32,000 bases of DNA from Nitrosopumilus maritimus SCM1 (GTDB lineage Archaea; Thermoproteota; Nitrososphaeria; Nitrososphaerales; Nitrosopumilaceae): positions 570,001-602,000 of the forward strand of contig NC_010085.1 in assembly GCF_000018465.1 (NCBI RefSeq), written 5' to 3'. The position numbers and the translations under genes were made by a program. Shown here in pieces: positions 1-8,793 of this stretch; position 1 is the first letter of the stretch; each line of letters starts with the position of its first letter. The notes beneath the pieces were generated by a model. The model made no database searches, was not told where the DNA came from, and worked only from the letters and a program-made list of their open reading frames with translations.

Positions 1-329
1 TTGAAAAAATATAATCAAACTTTCCTCCATACTTCCATGATTCAATGTCCGTATGAACAAATCCTTCTTTCTTACTAACTATCTTCTTTTTTGCTTGAAT
101 GATCATTTTCTTGCTTTTATCAATCCCTATTGCTCTTTTACAATTATTCTCTTTTGCAATTTTTCTTACAACCCATCCATTTCCACATCCTACGTCAAGA
201 AAAGTAAATGGTCCATCAAATGATATTGAATTCAAAAATTTTGATACATTTTTTCCGTGCTCAACTTCCATTAATTCTGCTCTACCATTTTGAGCCCACT
301 CATCAAATGTTCTTCTGACCCCGTCCATG
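1..329 (-). CDS. Class I SAM-dependent methyltransferase; N-terminal part only, the C-terminus lies beyond the window edge
   Basis: My own translation of the minus strand from the ATG (complement of 327-329) gives MDGVRRTFDEWAQNGRAELMEVEHGKNVSKFLNSISFDGPFTFLDVGCGNGWVVRKIAKENNCKRAIGIDKSKKMIIQAKKK... LDVGCGNG is the glycine-rich SAM-binding motif I, followed by an acidic residue in GID (motif II-like). The ORF is open to position 1, so it is missing from the supplied track. Confidence 0.75.
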
Positions 330-405
330 AATTTTGTTTTTTTATTTTACATTATAACCTTCGTCTTACTGATGATTTGGATGAATGATTCCTACGTGTG
401 TCTTA

Positions 406-435
406 TATTCAAATTTTACAAATAATATTTGAATA
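406..435. promoter_or_regulatory. Perfect 9-bp inverted repeat (tattcaaat / atttgaata, 12-nt spacer) just upstream of the ATG at 439
   Basis: Arms at 406-414 and 427-435 are exact reverse complements. The element covers the A/T-rich segment where a TATA box for the 439..654 gene would sit. Chance occurrence in AT-rich DNA is not excluded. Confidence 0.3.
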
Positions 436-438
436 GAA

Positions 439-654
439 ATGCCTGATGAATCATGTAGAAGATGTGGTGGAAATCTAACCGAGCATACAAAATGTGCTCA
501 TTGTTTGAAACCTAACAGCATGATTTGTCAAGATTGTGCTATGTGCACTGTTGAGCAATTTCATTCAATTTGTGTGTCTGTGGAGACGAATCAAATCAAT
601 ACCGTGCCATTTTTCAAGTCTGACAGCTACTATGACGTAGCTGTCATGGCTTGA
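439..654 (+). CDS. Small Cys-rich zinc-ribbon-like protein (71 aa)
   Basis: Contains CRRCGG-x10-CAHC, then CQDCAMC. Paired CxxC motifs are typical of zinc ribbons. It has an ATG start and lies in a clean intergenic context. Confidence 0.5.
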   Translation: MPDESCRRCGGNLTEHTKCAHCLKPNSMICQDCAMCTVEQFHSICVSVETNQINTVPFFKSDSYYDVAVMA

Positions 655-702
655 TTTTAAAACAAGATATTACTGATGATTACTGCCTAAATCTTAAGTA
701 TA

Positions 703-3681
703 ATGAGCCTCGGTTTTCACTTTGTGAGGCAAATTCCAATTGTTTTGTGCTTGTTTGTGATCTTACTGATGCCTGTGTATGCCTTTGCTCAGAGTCCTGA
801 TAGAATAACTATTCTTGATAATTTTGGAGATTATGAACATGGTGAACCCCTATTTGTTTATGGACAGATTGCCAATTTGGTTGATGATTCTTTCCTGATA
901 ATGCAAATCATAAACCCTCATGGAGATTTATGTCAAATCCAACAACTAATTCCACAAGAAAATGGCGTGTTTCTTACTGATGTCATTCCATTAAAGGGTA
1001 GAATATGTGGGCTCCCTGGTGAATATGAAATTAAATTATTTTATGGTGATTACACAAAATCTACTAAATTCAATGTGTCTTCTGATATTCACTCTGAATC
1101 AACTACTGAACAAAAAGTTCTCTTAGCACAAACCTTGGTATCTGAACATGCCTCATTGATTAGTGAAACATTTGATATTTCAAATCCTATATCTAATGAA
1201 ATTCCTGACACTCTATCTGAATTAAAATCAACATACGTGGATTTGTGGGATGAATTTTTTGTTGATGAATTAATTTTTGAAATTAATCCTTTGATAAGAC
1301 CTGCTGTTGTAAATTCTTTGGATTCTGTACAGGAACTATTGGACCAAGATGAAATTTCTTTTGAAATTGCAAAATCTATAGAAAGAACTGTTTTTGAAGC
1401 AATATTTTATTATGAAATTAATGATAAAACAACTGCAATCAATTTACTATCTGATATTTTTGTTGACATTACAAATGTAAATCCTGAAAAAACTGTTTCT
1501 CCACGGGCTCCTTCATTTGATGAGTTAGAAGAAACTCTGCTAAACTTGATGAAAAAATCTGATACTGTTATGAGTAAATCTGTAAAAACTGAAATTGGCT
1601 TTATTTTTGCAAGAGGAACTGCTCCAATTTACTCTGATGATATTACTGAATTAATCGACCTTCTTTCAAAATCAAGATATCTTGATATTGTTTCTAGAAA
1701 ACAAAGTGACCTGTATAGACTTGTCAACAATGATTGGGAATCAGTAAAACCTTCTCTTACTGAAAAAGAATCTATATCTGAGTTACTTGCATCTAGTGCC
1801 CGTGTGTCTGAATTACACCAAGCATCAATTATCCTAAAAGACATGTCTGATGTTGAAAGATTTGTATCTTCAGATTCTGAAGAAAACACTGATCTTATTA
1901 ATTTGGTAAAACCTGAATGGGATAATTTAGAATCTAAACTAGTCTTAGCTACATCTGTTGATGAAATCTTAGAATCTGAATCTGAAATTGATCAAATGGT
2001 TCAGGTTATTGAAATTTCTTCTAGACTAGGAAAAATAATTGAAATTTCTCAAATCAGTAATGTTGATTCTGGACTAACATCTGATTGGAAATCTCTTTTA
2101 GAAACAGTTGAAAATGCTCAATCTGTTGATGAAATTTTAGCAGTGGTATCTGAATTTGATCAAACCATGACTGAACTTAGGGAAAAACGTAACCCCTTGG
2201 TAGTCTTGGAATTTGAATACAAGAGTATGAAAGAAAAAGCAGAATTGCAAGCTGACTATCAAAACTTGTTCTTGATTGATAATGCTTTGAATATACTAGA
2301 GACTGCAAAACAAATGGAATCTGGAAATCCCTCTATTACTAGAATTGATAGGATTGAAGTTTTGTTAAGTTGGGCAAGTGAAAAAGCTCCTCAAATCAAA
2401 GAGGATTTGGATTCTTATGATAAAGATGCCTTTAAGATTAGAGCAAGTGACATTTTACAAAGAGCAAAATCTCTTGAAAATCTAGTCGAACTGAGTCTGA
2501 CTAAAAATCGATTTTTACCTAATTACATTGAATTTACAGACAAACTTAACGAAAAAATAGATAATGTCCGAGATTTAGTTATTCAAAATGATCTTGAACA
2601 AGCAGACATACTAGTTCGTGAATTATTTGATGAATGGACTCTTGTATCTGAAAAATATGTTGAAGATCCTTATGGTTCAGATGTTGGATATAATGTTGAT
2701 GAAATCAAACGTATTGAATTCCGTGAAAGACTACAAACCTATTCTGATATGACTTCTACATTTTACAATAATGATTTTACAAATCATGTTGATGGATACA
2801 AACAATTAATGAATGAAGCCTATGAGTTAATTGACATTGGTAATTTTGTAGATGCTGAATCTAAGGTTACAGAAATTGGAGATTACCTTAGTGATTATCT
2901 AGTTTTGAAAACTCCTAGTATAATGTATGATATTTCTTATGATCATGAAAAAGATATTTGGATTCTAAATGGTGCTACTGAAAAATCTAGATTTGATTAT
3001 CGTGAAAACTTGTATGTTACTGTATACAACATGGATGGTACTCTTCATAGTAATATGGAATTCACTGATACTAGACAAGGAAACTTTTACACTCAATGGA
3101 ATGCGCCTGCAGAGTCAGGACTATATGTTGTGATGTTACAATACAAAGATTCCAAAGCTACTCAGATTGTTCACATTGAAGAAGAGTTTGAGTACACATA
3201 CAATTCTTCAGATTTAGACATGGTTGATTTGGCACGTGAATTTGAAGAATTAGAATCGTTTGCACAAAAATTTGGTGGTGAGAACTTTGATAATAATTCT
3301 AGATTTGCTTCTGTAATTACTGAGATAAAGGCTGGATTTGATGACAAAGATGCTCAAAGTGTGGGTAATAATCTTGATGAATTGAGAACCATCATTGAAC
3401 GCTATCTTCCAATACGAAATCCTAATGCTCCTATTGAGGCAATATATGCTGAAAATGAACTAGTCATTAGTGGACGAATTCTCAAAACTGTTCAATTTAG
3501 TGAAGATCTCTTTATTGATATCTATAATCAACGTGGAGAACGTGTAGAAGAAATTGCCCTTAAAGATGATCCAAGTGGATTATTCAACAAAGTGATTTCA
3601 CAACCATTTGAAAATGGTGTCTATGTTGTTCAGTTACAATATCATGATTTGATAGTAACTGATTTCTTTAAAGTCCCTTGA
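703..3681 (+). CDS. Large secreted or surface protein of unknown family (992 aa) with three related beta-rich modules and a long acidic helical middle
   Basis: The long ORF has an N-terminal signal-like segment (IPIVLCLFVILLMPVYAFAQ). Related modules lie at about nt 799-1080, 2955-3180 and 3433-3678, sharing the pattern G-x-F...G-x-Y-x-[VI]-x-L-[QF]-Y-x-D...F-x-V. The centre is rich in D/E/S/L with repeated SVDEIL...SE[IF]DQ motifs. Confidence 0.8.
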   Translation: MSLGFHFVRQIPIVLCLFVILLMPVYAFAQSPDRITILDNFGDYEHGEPLFVYGQIANLVDDSFLIMQIINPHGDLCQIQQLIPQENGVFLTDVIPLKGRICGLPGEYEIKLFYGDYTKSTKFNVSSDIHSESTTEQKVLLAQTLVSEHASLISETFDISNPISNEIPDTLSELKSTYVDLWDEFFVDELIFEINPLIRPAVVNSLDSVQELLDQDEISFEIAKSIERTVFEAIFYYEINDKTTAINLLSDIFVDITNVNPEKTVSPRAPSFDELEETLLNLMKKSDTVMSKSVKTEIGFIFARGTAPIYSDDITELIDLLSKSRYLDIVSRKQSDLYRLVNNDWESVKPSLTEKESISELLASSARVSELHQASIILKDMSDVERFVSSDSEENTDLINLVKPEWDNLESKLVLATSVDEILESESEIDQMVQVIEISSRLGKIIEISQISNVDSGLTSDWKSLLETVENAQSVDEILAVVSEFDQTMTELREKRNPLVVLEFEYKSMKEKAELQADYQNLFLIDNALNILETAKQMESGNPSITRIDRIEVLLSWASEKAPQIKEDLDSYDKDAFKIRASDILQRAKSLENLVELSLTKNRFLPNYIEFTDKLNEKIDNVRDLVIQNDLEQADILVRELFDEWTLVSEKYVEDPYGSDVGYNVDEIKRIEFRERLQTYSDMTSTFYNNDFTNHVDGYKQLMNEAYELIDIGNFVDAESKVTEIGDYLSDYLVLKTPSIMYDISYDHEKDIWILNGATEKSRFDYRENLYVTVYNMDGTLHSNMEFTDTRQGNFYTQWNAPAESGLYVVMLQYKDSKATQIVHIEEEFEYTYNSSDLDMVDLAREFEELESFAQKFGGENFDNNSRFASVITEIKAGFDDKDAQSVGNNLDELRTIIERYLPIRNPNAPIEAIYAENELVISGRILKTVQFSEDLFIDIYNQRGERVEEIALKDDPSGLFNKVISQPFENGVYVVQLQYHDLIVTDFFKVP

Positions 3682-4890
3682 TTAGCTTTTACCTTTTACT
3701 AAGTTGAACAATTGTCGTACTGCAAGTTTTGGGTGATTGGTTGCAAGTTTTAGCATATTGGATAATCCAAAGTCTGCTTTAATGAAATCCAAGAATTCTT
3801 CAGGTTTTAACTCACTGATAATGTCCAATTCTTTGTCCCAATCTTTATCTGTTAAACCAATCCACCTGTCTTGCACTTTTCCTGCAGATTTTATTTTAGA
3901 TTCAATTGCTTTTTTCCAATTATCTTCATACTCTGATAATTTTTTTTCTGATGTGTCATTTGCTTTAATTGCCTTTGATGCAACATCTCCTGCTATTCTT
4001 CCAAATTTTATTGCATAACGTATTCCCTCTAAAACCAAAGGATTAGCTTGTCCTGCTGAATCCCCAACCAAAATCAAATTATCATAAACTGTCTTTCTTG
4101 AAAGTCCATCATTTGGAATTAATCCATAATGGAATTCTATAGGTTCAATTTTGCCTAAATTTGCAATTGGTCCTTCTTTGTTTTCAATGAGTTCTTTTAG
4201 TCTTGCAGTAGGGTCAACTGGAGAATCTGGTTTTCCAATGCCTACTCCAATCCTTGCAATATTGTCTCCTAATGGAAAAATCCATGCATATCCTGCAGGA
4301 GAGTATTTTTCTCCAACCATCAACCACCATGTATCTGCTTTAACATGCTCTACCTTTGCTTCATATTCTGCACCGGCACCAAATCTTTCCCATTGTTTTA
4401 CAAAACCCATAGATTTTGCAACAGTTGATTGAAAACCACTTGCATCAATGACTACTTTGCCAAAAAATTCAATTTCTTTTTCATTTTGTATTGCTTTAAC
4501 TCCAATTATTTTTCCTGATTCATCTTTAATTACATCTTTTACCGTAGTATTAACAACAATTTCTGTACCTTGTGCTTCTGCTTGAGATGCCAACCATCGA
4601 TACGTCTTTCTTACATCAAGTACTGCAGAGCGAGCAACAGTGTCTCCAATACTTACTTTGTTGTTTGGTGAATAAAATTCAAAATTTTTTACTGGATTGT
4701 AACAATCTTCTGGAATTCCAAACTCTTCAATATTTTGAATCCATGTAACCCCACTAGTTCTAACTGATTCTGCAATGGATTCTTCTTTTTCAATTAATAT
4801 TACTTTCAATCCATTCTTTGAAGCAGTGTATGCAGCTGATGATCCTGCAGGACCTCCTCCAACTACTACTAAATCATAAATGTCTGACAA
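3682..4890 (-). CDS. Geranylgeranyl reductase family flavoprotein (archaeal lipid, digeranylgeranylglycerophospholipid reductase-like)
   Basis: N-terminal FAD dinucleotide-binding motif YDLVVVGGGPAGSSAAY, then LVGDSAGQANPL later in the protein. At 402 aa the size matches the family. The start is TTG (complement of 4888-4890), with no ATG or GTG between it and the GxGxxG motif. Confidence 0.85.
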   Translation of the reverse strand: MSDIYDLVVVGGGPAGSSAAYTASKNGLKVILIEKEESIAESVRTSGVTWIQNIEEFGIPEDCYNPVKNFEFYSPNNKVSIGDTVARSAVLDVRKTYRWLASQAEAQGTEIVVNTTVKDVIKDESGKIIGVKAIQNEKEIEFFGKVVIDASGFQSTVAKSMGFVKQWERFGAGAEYEAKVEHVKADTWWLMVGEKYSPAGYAWIFPLGDNIARIGVGIGKPDSPVDPTARLKELIENKEGPIANLGKIEPIEFHYGLIPNDGLSRKTVYDNLILVGDSAGQANPLVLEGIRYAIKFGRIAGDVASKAIKANDTSEKKLSEYEDNWKKAIESKIKSAGKVQDRWIGLTDKDWDKELDIISELKPEEFLDFIKADFGLSNMLKLATNHPKLAVRQLFNLVKGKS

Positions 4891-4938
4891 TTGGTTTGAA
4901 TCAATAACATCTAGGATATAATTTTGAGGTCTGAAAAA

Positions 4939-5148
4939 TTATTTTTTCAATACAGGCACACCGTTTGAATCGTTCTCTCTTTCAGGATCAAAAGAGTTCA
5001 TGTGTGCTAGGTCTCTATGCATGTAACTATGGGTGCTTCCCCCTTCTTTTCTACAGAATTTGGAATGAATTGTTTTTTCTACTTCTAATGTGGTCTCATT
5101 TTCATGAAATAGACGTTTTCCACACTCTGGACATGTCCATTCAGGCAT
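4939..5148 (-). CDS. Small zinc-finger protein (about 69 aa from the ATG; the track extends to a TTG at 5166)
   Basis: MPEWTCPECGKRLFHENETTLEVEKTIHSKFC has a CxxC followed by an H-x3-C pair (C2HC-like). I prefer the in-frame ATG at 5148 over the TTG at 5166, but I cannot decide between them. Confidence 0.5.
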   Translation of the reverse strand: MPEWTCPECGKRLFHENETTLEVEKTIHSKFCRKEGGSTHSYMHRDLAHMNSFDPERENDSNGVPVLKK

Positions 5149-5346
5149 GAATTTCGTCAGTATCAAATCTATTTAGATGTTTCAGAGACAAAAACATCTC
5201 TGATCCTAAACTTTAGATGTTCAAAACTCCCTTATTTTTCATGGATGAATCTGAAATCTCATCTTTTGTAATGTGGTCTGTAGTTACTGGAATCATTATG
5301 CTTGTTACTGGATTAAGTTATCGTGCATATGTGAGGAAAAATAATC

Positions 5347-5928
5347 ATGAGATCTCTTCATCTTGAAAAAAAGGGCTTACGTGGATTAGCAATCGCTGAA
5401 AGTTTTAGACAAAATTCTACAAAATCTGTTCTTGCAGGAGTTGTTATGAGAAGAGATTTTGTTATTGATGGTTTTGTTTTTGGTAATGCCACTTTGGAAG
5501 GAAATGATGCAACTGATGCAATATTGAGAATGTGTGATGATTTGAAGAGACCTGATATTAGCTATGTTTTGATTTCTGGATTAATTGTCTCAATGTATAA
5601 CATTATTGATATCAAAAAATTGTTTGGCATCTTGAAAATTCCAATTATCGGAGTTTCATATCATGACTCATTAGGAATTGAAGACTCTCTAAAACATCAT
5701 TTCCCAGATTCATTTGAATCAAAACTAAAAGATTATGAAAAATTAGGACAACGTGAAAAAATTACTCTGAGTACATCTCATGATGTCTATGTTAGAAAAG
5801 AAGGATGTACATTAACTGAAGTAAAACATCTTCTTGATGATTTAACATTGCACGGCTCTATTTCTGAACCGATTAGAGTATCTCAACTATTAGCAAAAAC
5901 ATTACTTGAGAAAGGACTATCCTTCTGA
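5347..5928 (+). CDS. DUF99 / UPF0215 family protein (endonuclease V-like fold family, function unknown)
   Basis: Pattern recalled for archaeal DUF99: LRGLAIAESF...LAGVVMRRD..IDGF......EGNDATDAI......ISYVLISGL....YNIIDI..L....KIPIIGVS......SLKHHF. At 193 aa the size is right for the family. Confidence 0.65.
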   Translation: MRSLHLEKKGLRGLAIAESFRQNSTKSVLAGVVMRRDFVIDGFVFGNATLEGNDATDAILRMCDDLKRPDISYVLISGLIVSMYNIIDIKKLFGILKIPIIGVSYHDSLGIEDSLKHHFPDSFESKLKDYEKLGQREKITLSTSHDVYVRKEGCTLTEVKHLLDDLTLHGSISEPIRVSQLLAKTLLEKGLSF

Positions 5929-6678
5929 AGCTGTCTTTCCACCATCAACATTTAGAATCGTGCCAGTAACCCAACTCGCTTCATCTGAAGCCAAGTATGC
6001 TACTGCATTTGCAACGTCTTCTGGCTCTCCGACCCTTGCAAGTGGTAATCTTTCCTCTAGTACTTTTCTTGCTTGTGGGTCATCAAGGTATGGCTTTATC
6101 GAGCCTGAATTGATTATTCCAGGATTGACACAATTACATCTAATGTTTCTTCTTGCATATTCTACTGCAATTGACTTTGTAAACATTGGAATTGCTGCTT
6201 TTGTTGCAGAATAAACTGCCAAGTGCACTCGTGGAATTGCTCTCTCACTTGAGATGGAGCCAATGTTTACAATTGAACCGCTTTTGACATCTGCCATTTT
6301 TGTCAAAACAGCTTTTGTCATATTGAAAACTCCTAGTAAGTTCACATTGATGAGTTTTTGAATCTCTGAATTTTGCATTTCATGAAAATGAATTGGATCA
6401 TTAATTGCACCTGCATTGTTTACAAGAATGTCTATCTTCCCATATGTATCCATAATTTGATTTACAACTTGTAGTGTTTGAGATTCATCTACTAAATCAC
6501 AAGTCATAGCTGCAGTTGAATCTTCATTTCCTATCTCTTTTCTTGTATTTTCTAATCCTTCTAGATTTCTTGCAATAAGAATTACTTTTGCTCCTTCTTC
6601 GACAAATTTCTTGGCAATGCCTTTTCCAATGTCACTTGATGCTCCTGTAACAATTGCTACTTTGTCATTTAATTTCAC
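5917..6678 (-). CDS. Short-chain dehydrogenase/reductase (classical SDR, FabG-like)
   Basis: [10 protein letters not shown] (TGxxxGxG), NNAG, and a Ser plus YSATK catalytic motif. The protein is 253 aa with a GTG start (complement of 6676-6678) just before [11 protein letters not shown]. Confidence 0.9.
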   Translation of the reverse strand: MKLNDKVAIVTGASSDIGKGIAKKFVEEGAKVILIARNLEGLENTRKEIGNEDSTAAMTCDLVDESQTLQVVNQIMDTYGKIDILVNNAGAINDPIHFHEMQNSEIQKLINVNLLGVFNMTKAVLTKMADVKSGSIVNIGSISSERAIPRVHLAVYSATKAAIPMFTKSIAVEYARRNIRCNCVNPGIINSGSIKPYLDDPQARKVLEERLPLARVGEPEDVANAVAYLASDEASWVTGTILNVDGGKTASEG

Positions 6679-6731
6679 GTTTTATTATGGTCGTAATTGC
6701 TTATAGAATTTTTGTTGAATTTCGTTCCTGA

Positions 6732-7610
6732 TTATTTGGATTCATTAATTCTTTTAATATATTCAATAATTCCAGTATAATCGATTCCACCTAATCCTTC
6801 TTTTACTGCATTTCCATACACTTCTTCTGCTTTTTCTATCATGGGTAATTTGATTCCTAAAGATTTTGCAGCATTAGTCATTGTGATAATGTCTTTTTTG
6901 AGATTTTCAAGTGTAAATGTTGGGTCATATTTTCCATCTATCATCTTGAATGCTTTGTTTTCACTCATTCCTGTTTTAAAATAAGTAGAATTTAGAATTT
7001 CAAGAAAAATTTTAGGATCAACATCTGCTTTTTTGACTAGTGTAATTCCTTCTGATAGTGCAAGTGCTAACATGGTAATTTGTAGATTCATAGCTAACTT
7101 GATAGAATGCGCAACTCCTTTCTCACCTAAGAAAAAGACTTTGTTTGCAATTTTTTCAAATACTTTCTTGCACTCTTCAAAACTTTCTTTATTTCCTGAT
7201 GCCATCATGACTAGATCACCTGTAATTGCAACATTGGGCCCTCCCATAACTGGTATGTCTAATTTGTGTATGCCAAACTCTAAAAATTTGTCTGATATAT
7301 TTTTGGATTCTGAAGGATCTATGGTGCTCATATCTGCAACAATTAATTTTTTGTTTTCACTTTTGATGATTCCTTCTCTTTCAAATGATACTTCTTTTAC
7401 TGCATCTGCATCTTTTACTACAATAATTACCAAATCTGATTTTTCTGCAACTTCTTTTGGAGAATCTACAACTGTTGCACCTTTTTCCTTTGCTTGAATT
7501 GTTTTGTCTTTACTTCTATTGAATACTGTAACCTCGAATCCTGACTCTAACAAATGTAACCCTACTGCATTTCCTAGCATCCCTAATCCTACAATTCCAA
7601 TTTTTTTCAT
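6732..7610 (-). CDS. NAD(P)-dependent oxidoreductase of the 3-hydroxyisobutyrate / 6-phosphogluconate dehydrogenase family
   Basis: N-terminal Rossmann motif KIGIVGLGMLGNAVG. At 292 aa, the central DIPVMGGPNVAITGDLVMMASG and C-terminal helical domain fit the HIBADH-like family. Confidence 0.85.
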   Translation of the reverse strand: MKKIGIVGLGMLGNAVGLHLLESGFEVTVFNRSKDKTIQAKEKGATVVDSPKEVAEKSDLVIIVVKDADAVKEVSFEREGIIKSENKKLIVADMSTIDPSESKNISDKFLEFGIHKLDIPVMGGPNVAITGDLVMMASGNKESFEECKKVFEKIANKVFFLGEKGVAHSIKLAMNLQITMLALALSEGITLVKKADVDPKIFLEILNSTYFKTGMSENKAFKMIDGKYDPTFTLENLKKDIITMTNAAKSLGIKLPMIEKAEEVYGNAVKEGLGGIDYTGIIEYIKRINESK

Positions 7611-7613
7611 ATC

Positions 7614-8000
7614 TTAATGACGCTCCTCATCTTCAATTTCCCATTGACTATTGCCAAATCTTGGGGCTGAGAATTTCAATTGCCCTACTGTTTTATCTCC
7701 TCTTTTGACTTTGGCAAAATCAAATCTTTTCATACTTAGAACTTTGTCCTTTGGCTTGTATCCGCCTTCGATAACTTTGACTTTGAATCTTTTACTTGCT
7801 TTGATTATCAGTTTTCTTGCAACTTGTACATCTCCAATCCATGAGAACATTTCAAACTCGCCAAAATTCTTTGTGGCTACACTGTATCCGTAGAGCCTTG
7901 CCTCAAGTTTTATTTTCTGAGTTTTTGCATGTTCATTTAACCATGCAACCACTTCTTCGCCATGGCCTTTCTCAACTCCAAAAGTTTCAGAATCTCTCAT
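7614..8000 (-). CDS. Hypothetical protein (128 aa), first gene of an apparent three-gene minus-strand operon
   Basis: ATG start. The stop lies 3 nt before the start of the downstream dehydrogenase gene. I recognise no motif. Confidence 0.6.
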   Translation of the reverse strand: MRDSETFGVEKGHGEEVVAWLNEHAKTQKIKLEARLYGYSVATKNFGEFEMFSWIGDVQVARKLIIKASKRFKVKVIEGGYKPKDKVLSMKRFDFAKVKRGDKTVGQLKFSAPRFGNSQWEIEDEERH

Positions 8001-8081
8001 CTACAAAAACCACAATATTGAACCATAATAATCATTTTCAACAATTGTTAAACTAAAATATTGATTTAATTCAAATTATTC

Positions 8082-8450
8082 ATGCTTACAGTTGACTGTA
8101 CCGATGTTTTGTCTATCAAACATGAACTTGTAGTTTATGTTTCTGACCAAGTTGCAGCCATTCCTACTTTAAAAAATAACCAATTTACTCTATCAACTTT
8201 GGATGATGATGAGGTAATTGATACACATACTGTGATTACTGCAATTAAGGAGTTTTTAGATTCAATTGATGAAGGAAGAAACTTTGCAGTTATTGGAAAT
8301 AATAATATGATCAGTATTACTTCTGTGTCTGGAAAAGTTATTGAAAGAGAACCTCCTCATCCACAAGAAATGTTTTCATGCTCTCATTGTGGATTTGTAA
8401 CTCAATACCAAGTTGAGCTAGAAACTCATATGAAAATCCATTATCTCTGA
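8082..8450 (+). CDS. Protein with a C-terminal classical C2H2 zinc finger (122 aa)
   Basis: FSCSHCGFVTQYQVELETHMKIH is exactly C-x2-C-x12-H-x3-H (nt 8379-8441). The N-terminal roughly 95 aa are unassigned. Confidence 0.65.
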   Translation: MLTVDCTDVLSIKHELVVYVSDQVAAIPTLKNNQFTLSTLDDDEVIDTHTVITAIKEFLDSIDEGRNFAVIGNNNMISITSVSGKVIEREPPHPQEMFSCSHCGFVTQYQVELETHMKIHYL

Positions 8451-8743
8451 ATTTTTTTAAAAATTCTAGGAATTGTATTTTTTTTAATTTCTGGAATTTC
8501 TATTGCCATTGCAAAATTGTAATGGGGAAACCTTTTCTTGTATTCAGAAATGTAACTTTGTGCTACATTTTGTGTTTTAAAATCAACTCTAACTCCTTCC
8601 AGTTTAACTTCTTTGCCAAAAACATCGTAAACTACTATCGAGTGCTTATCTGGTTTGATGTAGAATTTTGTACTGCAATACCATGCAATTCCTAATGTCA
8701 CTACAAAAAACCCTGTAACAAATTTGTCCAGAATTTTTCTCAT
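8441..8743 (-). CDS. Hypothetical N-terminally membrane-anchored protein (100 aa)
   Basis: One hydrophobic segment (FVTGFFVVTLGIAWYCS) followed by a basic soluble part. ATG start. Its 3' end overlaps the convergent gene by 10 nt. Confidence 0.5.
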   Translation of the reverse strand: MRKILDKFVTGFFVVTLGIAWYCSTKFYIKPDKHSIVVYDVFGKEVKLEGVRVDFKTQNVAQSYISEYKKRFPHYNFAMAIEIPEIKKNTIPRIFKKIQR

Positions 8744-8764
8744 ATGTTGATTTTCAACAGGATC

Positions 8765-8771
8765 TTTATAA
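8765..8771 (+). promoter_or_regulatory. TATA-like box (tttataa) centred about 26 nt upstream of the ATG at 8794, implying a leaderless mRNA
   Basis: The sequence and its spacing match the archaeal TATA-to-TSS distance. The same geometry recurs at several genes in this window. Confidence 0.35.
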
Positions 8772-8793
8772 GCACTAATCCCTGTATTCTGTT

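Noticed and set aside
370-446. Possible C/D-box sRNA: TGATGA at 370-375 with CTGA at 443-446, and another TGATGA at 674-679
   Set aside because: There are no recognisable internal D' or C' boxes or terminal pairing. The putative D box lies inside the start of a coding region at a spacing longer than typical. The second C-box-like hexamer has no downstream CTGA.
703-3681. The idea that the 992-aa secreted protein is the substrate of the nearby archaeosortase-family enzyme
   Set aside because: The C-terminus (...YHDLIVTDFFKVP) lacks the signature motif, TM helix and basic tail expected of exosortase/archaeosortase substrates.
7033-7497. 154-aa plus-strand ORF antisense to the HIBADH-like gene. 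Similar antisense ORFs lie at 3737-4018 and 4151-4432 (inside the GGR gene), 5906-6214 (inside the SDR gene), 1629-1889 (inside the 992-aa gene), and 20735-21067 and 21266-21499 (inside smc)
   Set aside because: All lie entirely within, and antisense to or out of frame with, genes that have strong family motifs. Their Ser/Leu/Phe-rich low-complexity translations are typical of shadow ORFs in AT-rich DNA.
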